64,000 nucleotides of DNA, taken from positions 76,206 to 140,205 of the forward strand of contig SVSG01000001.1 in NCBI GenBank assembly GCA_015064415.1, read 5' to 3'. Source of the DNA: Oscillospiraceae bacterium (GTDB lineage Bacteria > Bacillota > Clostridia > Oscillospirales > CAG-272). Of the stretch, positions 45,202 to 54,281 are shown piece by piece; position 1 is the first letter of the stretch, and every line of letters starts with the position of its first letter. Below the pieces are notes generated by a model. It was not told the DNA's origin. It worked only from the letters and a program-made list of their open reading frames with translations, and searched no databases. Both the position numbers and the translations under genes were made by a program.

Positions 45202-46281
45202 ATGGATTTCACCAACGATTTTGCCGAATTTGACTTTGAAAACCGCATCATGTCCACCTCCGAAACACACGGTGACACCGAGCCGGACGTTTCCCTTCGC
45301 CCGCAGACGCTTGCCGACTACGTCGGTCAGGAAAAGGCAAAGGAAAACCTGAAGATTTATATCGACGCCGCCAAAAAACGCGGCGATTCGCTGGATCACG
45401 TGTTGCTTTACGGCCCTCCCGGCCTTGGTAAGACCACGCTTTCCAACATCATTGCAAACGAAATGGGCGTAAATATCCGCGTGACCTCCGGCCCCGCCAT
45501 TGAAAAACAGGGTGACCTTGCGGCACTGCTCACCAACCTTTCGGAGGGTGACGTGCTCTTCATCGACGAGATCCACCGTCTCTCCCGCTCGGTGGAGGAG
45601 GTGCTTTACCCCGCCATGGAGGACTACGCGCTGGACATCATCATCGGCAAGGGCCCTTCCGCACGCAGTATCCGCATCGATCTGCCCAAATTCACGCTGA
45701 TCGGCGCGACCACGCGCGCAGGACAACTGAGCACCCCCTTGCGCGACCGCTTCGGCGTGGTGCTGAAGCTGGAGCTTTACACCCCCGAGGAGCTTGCCGC
45801 CATCGTGCGCCGCAGTGCCGACATTCTGGGCGTTTCGCTCTCCGAGGACGGCGCGATCGAGATCGCCTCTCGTTCCCGCGGCACGCCGCGTATTGCCAAC
45901 CGCCTTCTCAAGCGTGTGCGCGACTTCGCGCAGGTCAAGGGCGACGGTGCCATTACCTCCGAAATTGCCAATTATGCCCTGCAAAAGCTGGAGATCGACA
46001 AGCTGGGTCTGGATGCCGTCGACCGCCATATGCTATCCTCTATCATCAAGTTCTATGACGGCGGCCCCGTGGGTCTGGAAACGCTTGCCGCCACCATCGG
46101 TGAGGAGGCCGTCACGCTGGAGGACGTGTACGAGCCGTATCTGATGCAGATCGGCTTCCTTTCCCGCACGCCGCGTGGGCGTTGCGTCACACGCCGCGCC
46201 TTCGAGCACCTCGGTATTCCCTACCACGCCCCCAACCGCCCGGGCGAGCAGCTGACCGTCTTTGACGACGGATTGATATAA
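45202..46281 (+). CDS. ruvB: Holliday junction DNA helicase RuvB
   Basis: [27 protein letters not shown] and [11 protein letters not shown] motifs. Confidence 0.97.
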   Translation: MDFTNDFAEFDFENRIMSTSETHGDTEPDVSLRPQTLADYVGQEKAKENLKIYIDAAKKRGDSLDHVLLYGPPGLGKTTLSNIIANEMGVNIRVTSGPAIEKQGDLAALLTNLSEGDVLFIDEIHRLSRSVEEVLYPAMEDYALDIIIGKGPSARSIRIDLPKFTLIGATTRAGQLSTPLRDRFGVVLKLELYTPEELAAIVRRSADILGVSLSEDGAIEIASRSRGTPRIANRLLKRVRDFAQVKGDGAITSEIANYALQKLEIDKLGLDAVDRHMLSSIIKFYDGGPVGLETLAATIGEEAVTLEDVYEPYLMQIGFLSRTPRGRCVTRRAFEHLGIPYHAPNRPGEQLTVFDDGLI

Positions 46282-46379
46282 ACAAAAAGGTCACCGCAAA
46301 GGACGTGCAAAATTAGCGGAGAAATTATAGTCAGTTGGTTCATATGGCGCAGGTTTGATTCGCAGTAAACAAATAATTA

Positions 46380-46411
46380 ACGCCGACAGTTTTTTAGAAA
46401 TCTGTCGGCGT
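46380..46411. terminator. Hairpin serving convergent ruvB and the small membrane-protein gene
   Basis: acgccgacag/ctgtcggcgt 10-bp stem with A/T-rich flanks. It lies 100 nt after the ruvB stop and 27 nt after the minus-strand stop. Confidence 0.45.
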
Positions 46412-46437
46412 TTGCTATTCGATAAATTGGAATTTGA

Positions 46438-46809
46438 TTACTTGGTTGCTTTTTTAACAGAGCCAATAAACTTCTCGCAAATGATACCTGCCAATGTAAG
46501 GCAAACAAATACAACAACCCAAATTATCCATAGATTATTTGTAGTTCCGCCGCCCACATCAACACCATCGGTTTGAAAAATCACACCTGCAATAAAACCT
46601 GCAATATATGCAAAGGCAGTGCAAATGGGGGTTATTTTGCCTTTAAAGAAAAAAGAAATTGCCACAGGAATCAATCCAACAATGAATAAACAAGCAGGCA
46701 ATCCTATGTTTCCGTGAATATCAAAGAATACATATCTACATAGCATAAAGCCAATGAAAAGCACAAACAATGAAAGCAAATGAACAATTATATTTTTCTT
46801 GTTTAACAT
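46438..46809 (-). CDS. Small integral membrane protein (123 aa, about 4 TM helices), unknown function, AT-rich gene
   Basis: Begins MLNKKNIIVHLLSLFVLFIGFMLC... Start at ATG 46809 with AAAGGAG 9 nt upstream. Spot count of 23/60 G+C at 46441-46500, against 37/60 at 45601-45660 in ruvB. Confidence 0.55.
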   Translation of the reverse strand: MLNKKNIIVHLLSLFVLFIGFMLCRYVFFDIHGNIGLPACLFIVGLIPVAISFFFKGKITPICTAFAYIAGFIAGVIFQTDGVDVGGGTTNNLWIIWVVVFVCLTLAGIICEKFIGSVKKATK

Positions 46810-46930
46810 ACAATCACACTCCTTTGCCAAATTCTTATTTATCGTTCCGTTTTATCGCCAGTTTTGCCTTTGTATTACAAAGGCACAGGGCAAAGCCCAT
46901 ACCCCTAAAGATGCACGAGCGCGTCCAAAG

Positions 46931-47050
46931 GCTCCCTTGTGTAAAGGGAGCTGTCGCGTTAGCGACTGAGGGATTGTTTCCTGCTATTTTAGGTTTTTTT
47001 GCAATCCTTCCGTCAGCCTTCGGCTGCCACCTCCCTTTACACAAGGGAGG
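46931..47050. repeat. 120-bp imperfect palindrome built from nested hairpins (REP/MITE-like element or structured leader RNA)
   Basis: Terminal hairpins gctccctt-gtgta-aagggagc (46931-46951) and cctccctt-tacac-aagggagg (47030-47050) are reverse complements of each other. Inner arms gactgagggattg (46964-46976) and caatccttccgtc (47002-47014) pair with 2 mismatches. Each arm has its own mini-hairpin (tcgc-gtta-gcga; cagcc-ttc-ggctg). Confidence 0.6.
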
Positions 47051-47065
47051 CTTTTTGTTAGCCCC

Positions 47066-47094
47066 ATTATAACACAAATCGGCAGAGAAAACAA
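47066..47094 (-). promoter_or_regulatory. Possible promoter driving the structured leader and small membrane protein
   Basis: Minus strand reads TTGTTT (47094-47089), 17-nt spacer ending in TGTG, TATAAT (47071-47066). The -35 is weak and overlaps the upstream terminator loop. Confidence 0.35.
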
Positions 47095-47105
47095 GTTCTC
47101 TGCCG
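47080..47105 (-). terminator. Terminator hairpin after the MBG-repeat lipoprotein gene
   Basis: Perfect 10-bp stem cggcagagaa/ttctctgccg, followed on the minus strand by ATTTGTGTT. Confidence 0.55.
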
Positions 47106-47166
47106 AAGTTTTGTGCCCGCCTATTTCTCCGCTAAGAATGCAGAGAGAACGCGGTGACCTTTTTGT

Positions 47167-48972
47167 TTATATCAAGGTTGCGGCAAAGCCCGCTGTATCC
47201 AACACGTACTTATCTGCATCCTTGCCGCAAAGCTCGGCGCTGACAAGAACAGCCCCCGCCTCGGCCGAGGAGAAGGTCAGAAGCACGTACACGTCATCCC
47301 CTTGCGCCACGGTGGTCAGCAAATAGGTCTGATTGTTGCAAAGCTTGCGCGTGCTCTCGCCGTTTGTTACGAACACGGCCTTGGTTGCATTCAGGCGCAG
47401 CGTCACCGCGCGGATCTCTGCACTGAATTCGGAAAGATCCAACGTATAATACTGCGCGTTTTCTCCAAAAACCTTAACGCCAAGGAGAGCGGCACCGGGC
47501 TCGGCGCCCTCAAACACAAGCATAAGTCCGACGGGAGCCGATGCTGCCACACCGCGCACGTACTCGCTCGTGCAGGAAAGCGGATGCTCGTGCATCCCGT
47601 TGTAAGCAAGCGAAAGCGCGCCCGATAGCTTGAGCACAGCTTTTTCCACCGTAAGAGAGAGCGTCATATCTCCCACCACGGTAAAGTTCCCGTTTGTCGA
47701 AGGAAGCGCGCGGAAGCTGACCATTTGCCCCGTGCAAAGCCCGATCTGCCCGACCGTGCCCTCCAGCGTGAAGGTCTCTCCCTCGGGGATCTGTGCAAAA
47801 TCGGCGTGGGTGAGGTGTAAGGTCAGCCGATTGGTGGCATCAAATAGCTTGGAAGCACGATGATCGGAAAGCGCGGAAAGATCCAACACACACGGCAGGA
47901 TCGTGGCGGTATACCCCTCGGTAAGGCAATAATTCTCTGCCCCTTCGCCCGTGAAGGAAACGCCGTTTTCCGACAGGACACTGCCGGCATCCTTGCCCTC
48001 AAAGCGAAGCGTGACACTAAGACGCTCCTCGCCCACACCTGTGGGAAGCGAAAGCGCGATCTCGCTTTGAGCGCAGTAAGGCACGGTTGCGGGAGGTGTG
48101 AAGGGGGCGGGAGCGACCGCGAGACGCAAGGAAAGTGCGCCCTCAAAGGCGTAATTGGAATTGAGCGAGGATCTGACCGTGGCGGACACCTCAGTCACGT
48201 CGCACACGTCAACGATACCCGTGGAAAGCACCAACGTACTGCTCTCGTCGCTCAGAAAACCGCCGTGCACGCTCTGATCCAAGAAAACCGAAACAAGATC
48301 CGTGCCGTCATACACCTTGGCGGCGCTCAGCGCGTCAAGCGTGGACAGATCAAGGACCTTCGGCAAAATGCGTGCCGTATAATCGGGGTGCATCACGTAG
48401 TTTTCCGCGCGTTCGCCAATGATCTGAACGTAGCTGACGGGTGCGCCAACGTTACAATGCTCAAAGGTGACCGCATAGCCGATCTTATCGTTCTCCACTG
48501 CGGGCACGTTTTCCACCGTAAATACGGAAGCGCCGCTGTAGCGAAATTCATCCCTTGCAAGGGGCGTGATCACGAAGGGCGTAATGGAAAAGAGCGCCGT
48601 GGCCTCACCGACGAAGGTACTGGTACCGTCCTCTACGGTCTTCACCACCAATTTGTAGTCGCCAACAAAGGTGGGAGGGGTTGAAAGCTGCACGTACGTA
48701 TCCCCGTTTTGCTTGTACCAGAAATAATCCACGCGGGGATCACTGTCCAGATTGGACGTGTATGTGGGATAGATGGCGGGCTTTCCGTCATAGGTTTTGG
48801 AAAGTCCCTCGGTATTGATGTAAATTTCGATCGCCTGCGACGGCGTAGCAGCGGTGCCCTCTGAGCCGTAGCGCGCACTTATGAGCACTGCCCCGTACGC
48901 CTCGCCCGCACAAGCGCACAACAAAAACAGGAAACAAATTCCCACACACAAAAGCAAAATTTTTCTTTTCAT
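47167..48972 (-). CDS. Secreted/lipoprotein with repeated MBG (YDG-type) domains, putative adhesin (601 aa)
   Basis: Signal peptide MKRKILLLCVGICFLFLLCAC. Recurrent TYDGKPA, KVYDGTD, KLFDATN and GExAENYxL...YTAxILP modules typical of MBG domains (from memory). Confidence 0.65.
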   Translation of the reverse strand: MKRKILLLCVGICFLFLLCACAGEAYGAVLISARYGSEGTAATPSQAIEIYINTEGLSKTYDGKPAIYPTYTSNLDSDPRVDYFWYKQNGDTYVQLSTPPTFVGDYKLVVKTVEDGTSTFVGEATALFSITPFVITPLARDEFRYSGASVFTVENVPAVENDKIGYAVTFEHCNVGAPVSYVQIIGERAENYVMHPDYTARILPKVLDLSTLDALSAAKVYDGTDLVSVFLDQSVHGGFLSDESSTLVLSTGIVDVCDVTEVSATVRSSLNSNYAFEGALSLRLAVAPAPFTPPATVPYCAQSEIALSLPTGVGEERLSVTLRFEGKDAGSVLSENGVSFTGEGAENYCLTEGYTATILPCVLDLSALSDHRASKLFDATNRLTLHLTHADFAQIPEGETFTLEGTVGQIGLCTGQMVSFRALPSTNGNFTVVGDMTLSLTVEKAVLKLSGALSLAYNGMHEHPLSCTSEYVRGVAASAPVGLMLVFEGAEPGAALLGVKVFGENAQYYTLDLSEFSAEIRAVTLRLNATKAVFVTNGESTRKLCNNQTYLLTTVAQGDDVYVLLTFSSAEAGAVLVSAELCGKDADKYVLDTAGFAATLI

Positions 48973-49025
48973 AAAGAACCTCCTTACGGCACAGCCGCAA
49001 TTCATCATTCTTTATTGTATCACAT

Positions 49026-50444
49026 TTACCCCCGCTTTTCAATAGATTTTCCCCTTTTTCCAAGCTTTGCAAAGAAAGCGCGTGCGCGCCGCCATACAAA
49101 TAAAAGCGCTTCACGCATTTCTTTTGCCAGCACAAGCGGGGCAAGAAGCAGAAAAAAGACGGACAGCACGTGGCTTCGCCGTGCAAAAAGTACGCCTCCG
49201 AGGAAAAACAGGACAAGGGCGCCAAAGCTTTTCCCGAAAAAGCGCGGAAAAGCAAGCTCGCGCGACGTATGCCGCAAGCGAAGGAAAAAAAGTCCGCCGA
49301 AGGAGAGCGCTCCCGCGCAGGCCGCCCCCATTGCGCCCCCCTTCGGAATCAGCCAAAAACAAAACAGCAGGTGCAAGAGAGCACCGCTAAAGATCGTCCG
49401 AAAAGAAGCCGCAGAGCGCATGTGCAACGTATAAATACTGTCCAGAAAGTGGGCCAGCGCCGCACACACCGCCCCGAGCGAGAGAAGCGGCAGAAGCGTG
49501 ACGGCATCCTCATACCCCCGCGCCAAAAAAAGCGGCACCAGCGAAGGGGCGGCAACACCGAGCAACACACCAAGCAGGATCATAAAGGGCAGAAAAAGCG
49601 CATAGATCCTGCCGAAAAGTGCACCCTTATCCCCTTCCTCGCGGATCGCGGCGTAATGCCAGACCTCCAAAAAAATGCCGCTTGCAAACCCGATCAACGC
49701 GGGAAAGCGCCCCGCCGCCGCGTAAACCCCCAGCGCGCTTTCCCCATGATAATGCAGAAGAATATACCGCTCGGCCGAGCTCATTACCCAGAAAAGCAAG
49801 GCCGTCGGGATCAGCGGGAGCGCAAAGCGCAGCATTTTTCGGAGCAAGGGCGCACGCGCCCTTTTTTCCTCGCGCATCCAAGGCAACAAAAGGATCAGTA
49901 ACACCAAAAACGTGATCAGATCCCCCAAGATCACCCCAAGCAAATAACCGCGCGCGCCCCATCCCCATCGCAAAAGGAATAAAACCTGTAAAAGCACCGT
50001 CAACACGGCACAAAAGCACTGTTGCAGGGAAAAAAGGCCGAAAGCCCCCTTGGCGCGCAGTATCTGCGCCCCCATACTGTGCAAAACCGAAGAAAATATA
50101 TAGGCAAGCAAAAGCCCGCGATAGCCACCACTCATTCCCGCAAGTGCGCCAAGGGGCAACAAAAAAAGCGTGAACAAAAAGCCGAAAAGCATCAAAATGC
50201 CTCCCACAAAGACGCTTCCCTCCTCCCCTTGTGCGACGAAACGGAAAAGCGCCTGCGGCGCGTAGCAGGAGGCCACGGGAATGAGCAACACCGCAGTGGT
50301 CACAAAAATTTCCACCGTTCCGAACTCCGCAGGAGTCAGCGCCGCCGTGTAAAGCGGCAGCAGCAGCATGGAAAGCAGCTTACATAGTGCAGCGCCGCCC
50401 CCCAGCAACAGCGTATTGGAAAATAAGCGTCCTTCCCGTGACAT
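49026..50444 (-). CDS. Polysaccharide/oligosaccharide flippase family (MOP superfamily, Wzx/MurJ/SpoVB-like)
   Basis: 472 aa with about 14 TM helices, beginning MSREGRLFSNTLLLGGGAALCKLLSMLLLPLYTAALTPAEFG. Start set at ATG 50444 (GGAGG upstream). Confidence 0.8.
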   Translation of the reverse strand: MSREGRLFSNTLLLGGGAALCKLLSMLLLPLYTAALTPAEFGTVEIFVTTAVLLIPVASCYAPQALFRFVAQGEEGSVFVGGILMLFGFLFTLFLLPLGALAGMSGGYRGLLLAYIFSSVLHSMGAQILRAKGAFGLFSLQQCFCAVLTVLLQVLFLLRWGWGARGYLLGVILGDLITFLVLLILLLPWMREEKRARAPLLRKMLRFALPLIPTALLFWVMSSAERYILLHYHGESALGVYAAAGRFPALIGFASGIFLEVWHYAAIREEGDKGALFGRIYALFLPFMILLGVLLGVAAPSLVPLFLARGYEDAVTLLPLLSLGAVCAALAHFLDSIYTLHMRSAASFRTIFSGALLHLLFCFWLIPKGGAMGAACAGALSFGGLFFLRLRHTSRELAFPRFFGKSFGALVLFFLGGVLFARRSHVLSVFFLLLAPLVLAKEMREALLFVWRRARAFFAKLGKRGKSIEKRG

Positions 50445-50526
50445 AAAAATTCCTCCCGCGCAAAATCTCACTTTTAATATGCACAGATCACGCGGTGAAA
50501 ACATCAAGAAGTTTTTAACTGAAAAC

Positions 50527-50553
50527 GAAAAAAGCCGCATATGCGGCTTTTTT
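50527..50553. terminator. Bidirectional-type terminator after glgD
   Basis: aaaaaagccgcatatgcggctttttt, abutting the glgD stop codon. Confidence 0.7.
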
Positions 50554-51596
50554 CAGTTGATGACCCTACCCTCCTCCACGAAAAAGGGCAACGAGGGGTG
50601 TCCCGCAAGCGAAACGTTGCCCCCAAGTATCACATTTTTGTCCAGAATTGTGCCGCTGATGCGCGCATTCCCCGAAAGCATGCTGCGCTCTAAGAGCACA
50701 GCGTTTTCCACCACGCAATTCGCCCCGACGTGCACCCCTCTGAAAAGCACGGAATTGACGACCTTGCCCTCGATCACACAGCCGTCCGCGATCAGCGATC
50801 TTTGCACCTCGGCGCCCTTCCCGTATTTCACGGGCGGCAGGTTCTGCGCCTTGGTCAGAAGCGGCGTTCTGCTGTTCTCCATCAGGGTGCGGCGCACCTC
50901 GACGTCGCTTGCCAGCAGCATGTGCAAACGATAGTAATCCGACACGGAATGCAAACGGAAAAAGCGCTCCGAGAACCGATAGCTGCCCACGTTGCCGCGC
51001 GCCGCCTCCCGCCGCACCGCTTCCCCATAGAAGGAGGCCGTGCGCTCTTCCTCCGCACGCCGCAAAAGCTCGCGCAAAAAATCGGTGCGCGCGATCCACA
51101 CGTGAAGCGAGCCGTAATCGCCAAGTCCTTCCCCTTCGGCACTTCCCACCGTCATGGGCAGACCGCTTTTTTTGTGCGCCTGTACGAATGCGGAAAAATC
51201 CGGCATTCCGACCGCGTCGCAATCACAGCAAAGCACGTGTTCCTCCTCCATGCGCTCGACCATGCCGCGCACGCTGACAAGCGTGCGCATCCGCGACTCA
51301 TAGCTCTCGGCAGGATTGGCATAAGCGGCATTGTAAGGCGGCAAAATGTGGATGCCGCCGTTGTGACGCGCGAGATCCCAATCCTTACCCGAGCCGATGT
51401 GCTCCATCAAGGATTGATAATTGTGGTGCGCCACCACGTAAATGCGCGTAATTCCCGTTCCCACCATGGCAGAAAGCGGAAAATCGATCAGGCGATACCG
51501 CCCGCCGAAGGGCACCGCCCCCGTGGTGCGCTTCCCCGTCAGCGGAGAGAGCTCCGTATCATGCAAATTGGATAAGATCAACCCCGCCACGCTCAT
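50553..51596 (-). CDS. glgD: Glucose-1-phosphate adenylyltransferase subunit GlgD
   Basis: GlgC paralog lacking the catalytic N-terminal motif, with a left-handed beta-helix C-terminus. Overlaps the glgC stop. Confidence 0.88.
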   Translation of the reverse strand: MSVAGLILSNLHDTELSPLTGKRTTGAVPFGGRYRLIDFPLSAMVGTGITRIYVVAHHNYQSLMEHIGSGKDWDLARHNGGIHILPPYNAAYANPAESYESRMRTLVSVRGMVERMEEEHVLCCDCDAVGMPDFSAFVQAHKKSGLPMTVGSAEGEGLGDYGSLHVWIARTDFLRELLRRAEEERTASFYGEAVRREAARGNVGSYRFSERFFRLHSVSDYYRLHMLLASDVEVRRTLMENSRTPLLTKAQNLPPVKYGKGAEVQRSLIADGCVIEGKVVNSVLFRGVHVGANCVVENAVLLERSMLSGNARISGTILDKNVILGGNVSLAGHPSLPFFVEEGRVIN

Positions 51597-52720
51597 GCTT
51601 CCGTCCCCCTTCCGATCACGGTCAGTTTTTCCTTTTCCCCAATGACAGCACCCTTTGCCACCGTCACCATTTCATCCAGAATACTGTGCACCACCGTTGC
51701 ACCCTTTTCCACGTGCGCGCCGTTCATCAGAACGCTGTCGATCACACACGCACCCTCCTCTACCACCACGTCGGGGGAAAGCACCGAGCGCTCTACGCGC
51801 CCGTCGATGCGGCACCCCTGCGACAGAATGCTTTCCTGCACGGAGCCGTGCGCGCCGACGTATTGCGGCGTACTGCCGTCACTGCGTGAAAAAATGCGTC
51901 CGTTCCCCCGAAAAAGGTCGAAGGCAGGGTGCTCGCCGATCAGATCCATATTCGCCTGCCATAAGCTTTCCAGCGTTCCCACGTCGCGCCAATATCCCGC
52001 AAAGCGGTGCACGGCAAGCCGTCCGCCCTCCCGCAGCATGGCGGGAATGACGTTTTTGCCGAAATCGTTTTTCGAGGATCTGTCTGCCTCGTCCGCCTCC
52101 AGATACCGAAACAGATATTCCGTGTTGAACACGTAAATGCCCATAGAGGCAAGCGTGCTTTTCGGCTCCTTCGGTTTCTCCTCAAAATCCGTAATGAAGT
52201 CGTTCTCGTCTGCTGAAAGAATGCCGAATCGGTTTGCCTCGTCGATCGGTACGTCAATGACGGCGATCGTGCAATCGGCGCGCTTTTCCTTGTGCTGCTC
52301 GATCAGGGCGCGATAATTCATCCGATAGATGTGATCGCCCGACAGCACCAATACGTATTTGGGGGCATAGCGCTCCAAAAACTGCCTGTTCTGCCAGACG
52401 GCGTTGGCGGTGCCGTGATACCAATCTCCACCGCGCTTGGCCTTGTAGGGCGGCAGGATCTGCACCCCACCGAAATTGCGGTCCAGATCCCATGGCTGTC
52501 CGTTTCCGATATATTCGTTCAACAAAAGCGGCTGATACTGCGTCAGCACCCCGACCGTATCAATACCGGAATTGGCACAGTTGGAAAGCGTGAAATCCAC
52601 GATACGGTATTTTCCGCCGAAGGGCACCGCGGGCTTTGCCAGATACTGCGTCAAGGGCTGTAAGCGGCTCCCCTCACCGCCCGCCAGCAGCATCGCTACA
52701 CATTCTTTTTGTTTTCTCAT
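51593..52720 (-). CDS. glgC: Glucose-1-phosphate adenylyltransferase
   Basis: Begins [24 protein letters not shown], followed by [15 protein letters not shown]. Start set at ATG 52720. Confidence 0.95.
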   Translation of the reverse strand: MRKQKECVAMLLAGGEGSRLQPLTQYLAKPAVPFGGKYRIVDFTLSNCANSGIDTVGVLTQYQPLLLNEYIGNGQPWDLDRNFGGVQILPPYKAKRGGDWYHGTANAVWQNRQFLERYAPKYVLVLSGDHIYRMNYRALIEQHKEKRADCTIAVIDVPIDEANRFGILSADENDFITDFEEKPKEPKSTLASMGIYVFNTEYLFRYLEADEADRSSKNDFGKNVIPAMLREGGRLAVHRFAGYWRDVGTLESLWQANMDLIGEHPAFDLFRGNGRIFSRSDGSTPQYVGAHGSVQESILSQGCRIDGRVERSVLSPDVVVEEGACVIDSVLMNGAHVEKGATVVHSILDEMVTVAKGAVIGEKEKLTVIGRGTEA

Positions 52721-52819
52721 AGATACCCCTTTCAAAAGTACTCTTACTATTATGTTACTGTCGAAATGGTAAAATTATGCGGATTTCGTATTTTTGGTAC
52801 TTGTGCGGAATATTTTAAT

Positions 52820-52835
52820 AATCTTTCGGAAGATT
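52820..52835. promoter_or_regulatory. Perfect 16-bp palindrome AATCTTTCGGAAGATT, candidate operator
   Basis: Located 5 nt upstream of the -35 of the paralog-array promoter, in the glgC-divergent spacer. Confidence 0.3.
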
Positions 52836-52840
52836 TTATA

Positions 52841-52869
52841 TTGACACCCCCGTGATATTATGTTAAACT
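52841..52869 (+). promoter_or_regulatory. Candidate promoter of the triplicated-gene/PHP unit
   Basis: TTGACA (52841-52846), 17-nt spacer ending in TATG, TAAACT (52864-52869). A leader hairpin tgcaatc-aaa-gattgca (52869-52885) precedes the GGAGG. Confidence 0.55.
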
Positions 52870-52901
52870 GCAATCAAAGATTGCAAATACGGAGGCATGA
52901 C

Positions 52902-54272
52902 ATGAAAACGCTCAGCTTGGCACAACACCGTGCGCGAATCGAAAATATCCGCACGGCCGAGGAAAGCAACAAAAAATATCTGCGCCGCAAGCGCATTCAC
53001 GATTATCTGTCGGGGCAGGCGATCTATAACCTTGGGGAATATCCCGCCCCCTTTTCCATCGCGCCCACGGAATACGATCACGCGCTGCTTGCCGATCTTG
53101 CCGAAAACGGCGTAAAGCTGATCCAGATCCACGAGGAGTGGAACGACAGCATCCGCCGCCTTGGCGCGGACAAATTTTCCTGCCACGATGCGCAAGGGAT
53201 GAAGGAATTTATCAAATTGTGTCACTCCTTCGGCATCAAGATCATCCCCTACGCCTCCACCGGCTTTTTCCATGAGTTTGACCCCGATTTTACGGAGGAA
53301 TTCTGCCGCGCCGACTCGCGGCTTCGTCAATTGTATTTTTCCTACCGCTTAGGCTTCGCGGGCAGTGAAAAATGGCGCGCGTATATGCTGCCGCGCATGA
53401 TGAAGATCCTGGACGATTACGAATTTGACGGGCTTTACAACGATATGGGCTACGACGGCAAACGCTTTGCCCGCTATGAGGCAATCAAGCGCGGCTCGCT
53501 GGATTTTTCCCTGCCCTACGATCCCATTGTGGAGGATCTGCTTGCCGCCGTTTACGGCGAGATCAAATCCCGCGGCGGCGTGTATAAGGTGCATTTTGAC
53601 CGCAACAGCGCCCCGCCCGTGAAGGAAAAGATCTATGATTATCTCTGGATCGGTGAGGCGATGGAAAACACCGAGATCGGCACGGGAAAGCTTTACGAGG
53701 ACTACGTGGTGCCTTGCCCCGATTTCGGCTTTAACACCGATCCCGCCCATATGAATTGCAATTTTGAGTATCACTATGCAAGAACCATTCCATTCCTGCA
53801 GTTCCCGCTTCTCACGCGCGGCAGACCGATGACGGGAAAGCGTGCGCTGGAAAATATCCCCTATTACGGCGAAAAAACACCGCGTACCGAGTACGGCTTT
53901 TACCTTTTGGCGCACGAATATGCGAAAGCACATCCGAACGGCCCGCACGTTTACAGCACGTGGTCCTCGATTCCGCCGCTGGAGGGCGATTACGAGGCAT
54001 GGAAGCGCTACCACGCGCTGTACGCCCCGATGGTGGAGGAGAATTCCGTCGCTTACATCGAGCTGCGCGAGTGCCGCGAAATTCTTTCCGACATTCCCGA
54101 AAAGGTCTATATTTCCATGTTTGTCAACGAGCAAAAATATCTCGTTGTCTCCAACTTTACGGGCAAAAAGTACACCTTGACCCTCGCCGACACTTGGACT
54201 GACCGCGAAACTAAAATACAAAGCAAGACCTTCACCGTAAAGAATGAAAGCATCATTTTCTTGCAAAAATAA
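52902..54272 (+). CDS. Uncharacterised cytoplasmic protein, paralog 1 of 3 (456 aa); predicted (beta/alpha)8 glycosidase-like fold (inference)
   Basis: Start at ATG 52902 (GGAGG upstream). Shares invariant blocks with the next two genes (QHRARIENIR, IQIHEEWNDSIR, DGLYNDMGYDG, YDYLWIGE, VVPCPD, MVEENSVAYIELREC). Confidence 0.8.
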   Translation: MKTLSLAQHRARIENIRTAEESNKKYLRRKRIHDYLSGQAIYNLGEYPAPFSIAPTEYDHALLADLAENGVKLIQIHEEWNDSIRRLGADKFSCHDAQGMKEFIKLCHSFGIKIIPYASTGFFHEFDPDFTEEFCRADSRLRQLYFSYRLGFAGSEKWRAYMLPRMMKILDDYEFDGLYNDMGYDGKRFARYEAIKRGSLDFSLPYDPIVEDLLAAVYGEIKSRGGVYKVHFDRNSAPPVKEKIYDYLWIGEAMENTEIGTGKLYEDYVVPCPDFGFNTDPAHMNCNFEYHYARTIPFLQFPLLTRGRPMTGKRALENIPYYGEKTPRTEYGFYLLAHEYAKAHPNGPHVYSTWSSIPPLEGDYEAWKRYHALYAPMVEENSVAYIELRECREILSDIPEKVYISMFVNEQKYLVVSNFTGKKYTLTLADTWTDRETKIQSKTFTVKNESIIFLQK

Positions 54273-54281
54273 GGAGGCAGT

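Noticed and set aside
46835-47077. An 80-aa minus-strand ORF (…PPLCKGRWQPKADGRI…APFTQGSLW…).
   Set aside because: It is read straight through the nested-hairpin palindrome and a promoter-like element, and its two conserved-looking halves are simply the two arms of the inverted repeat. I treat it as a non-coding element (see findings).
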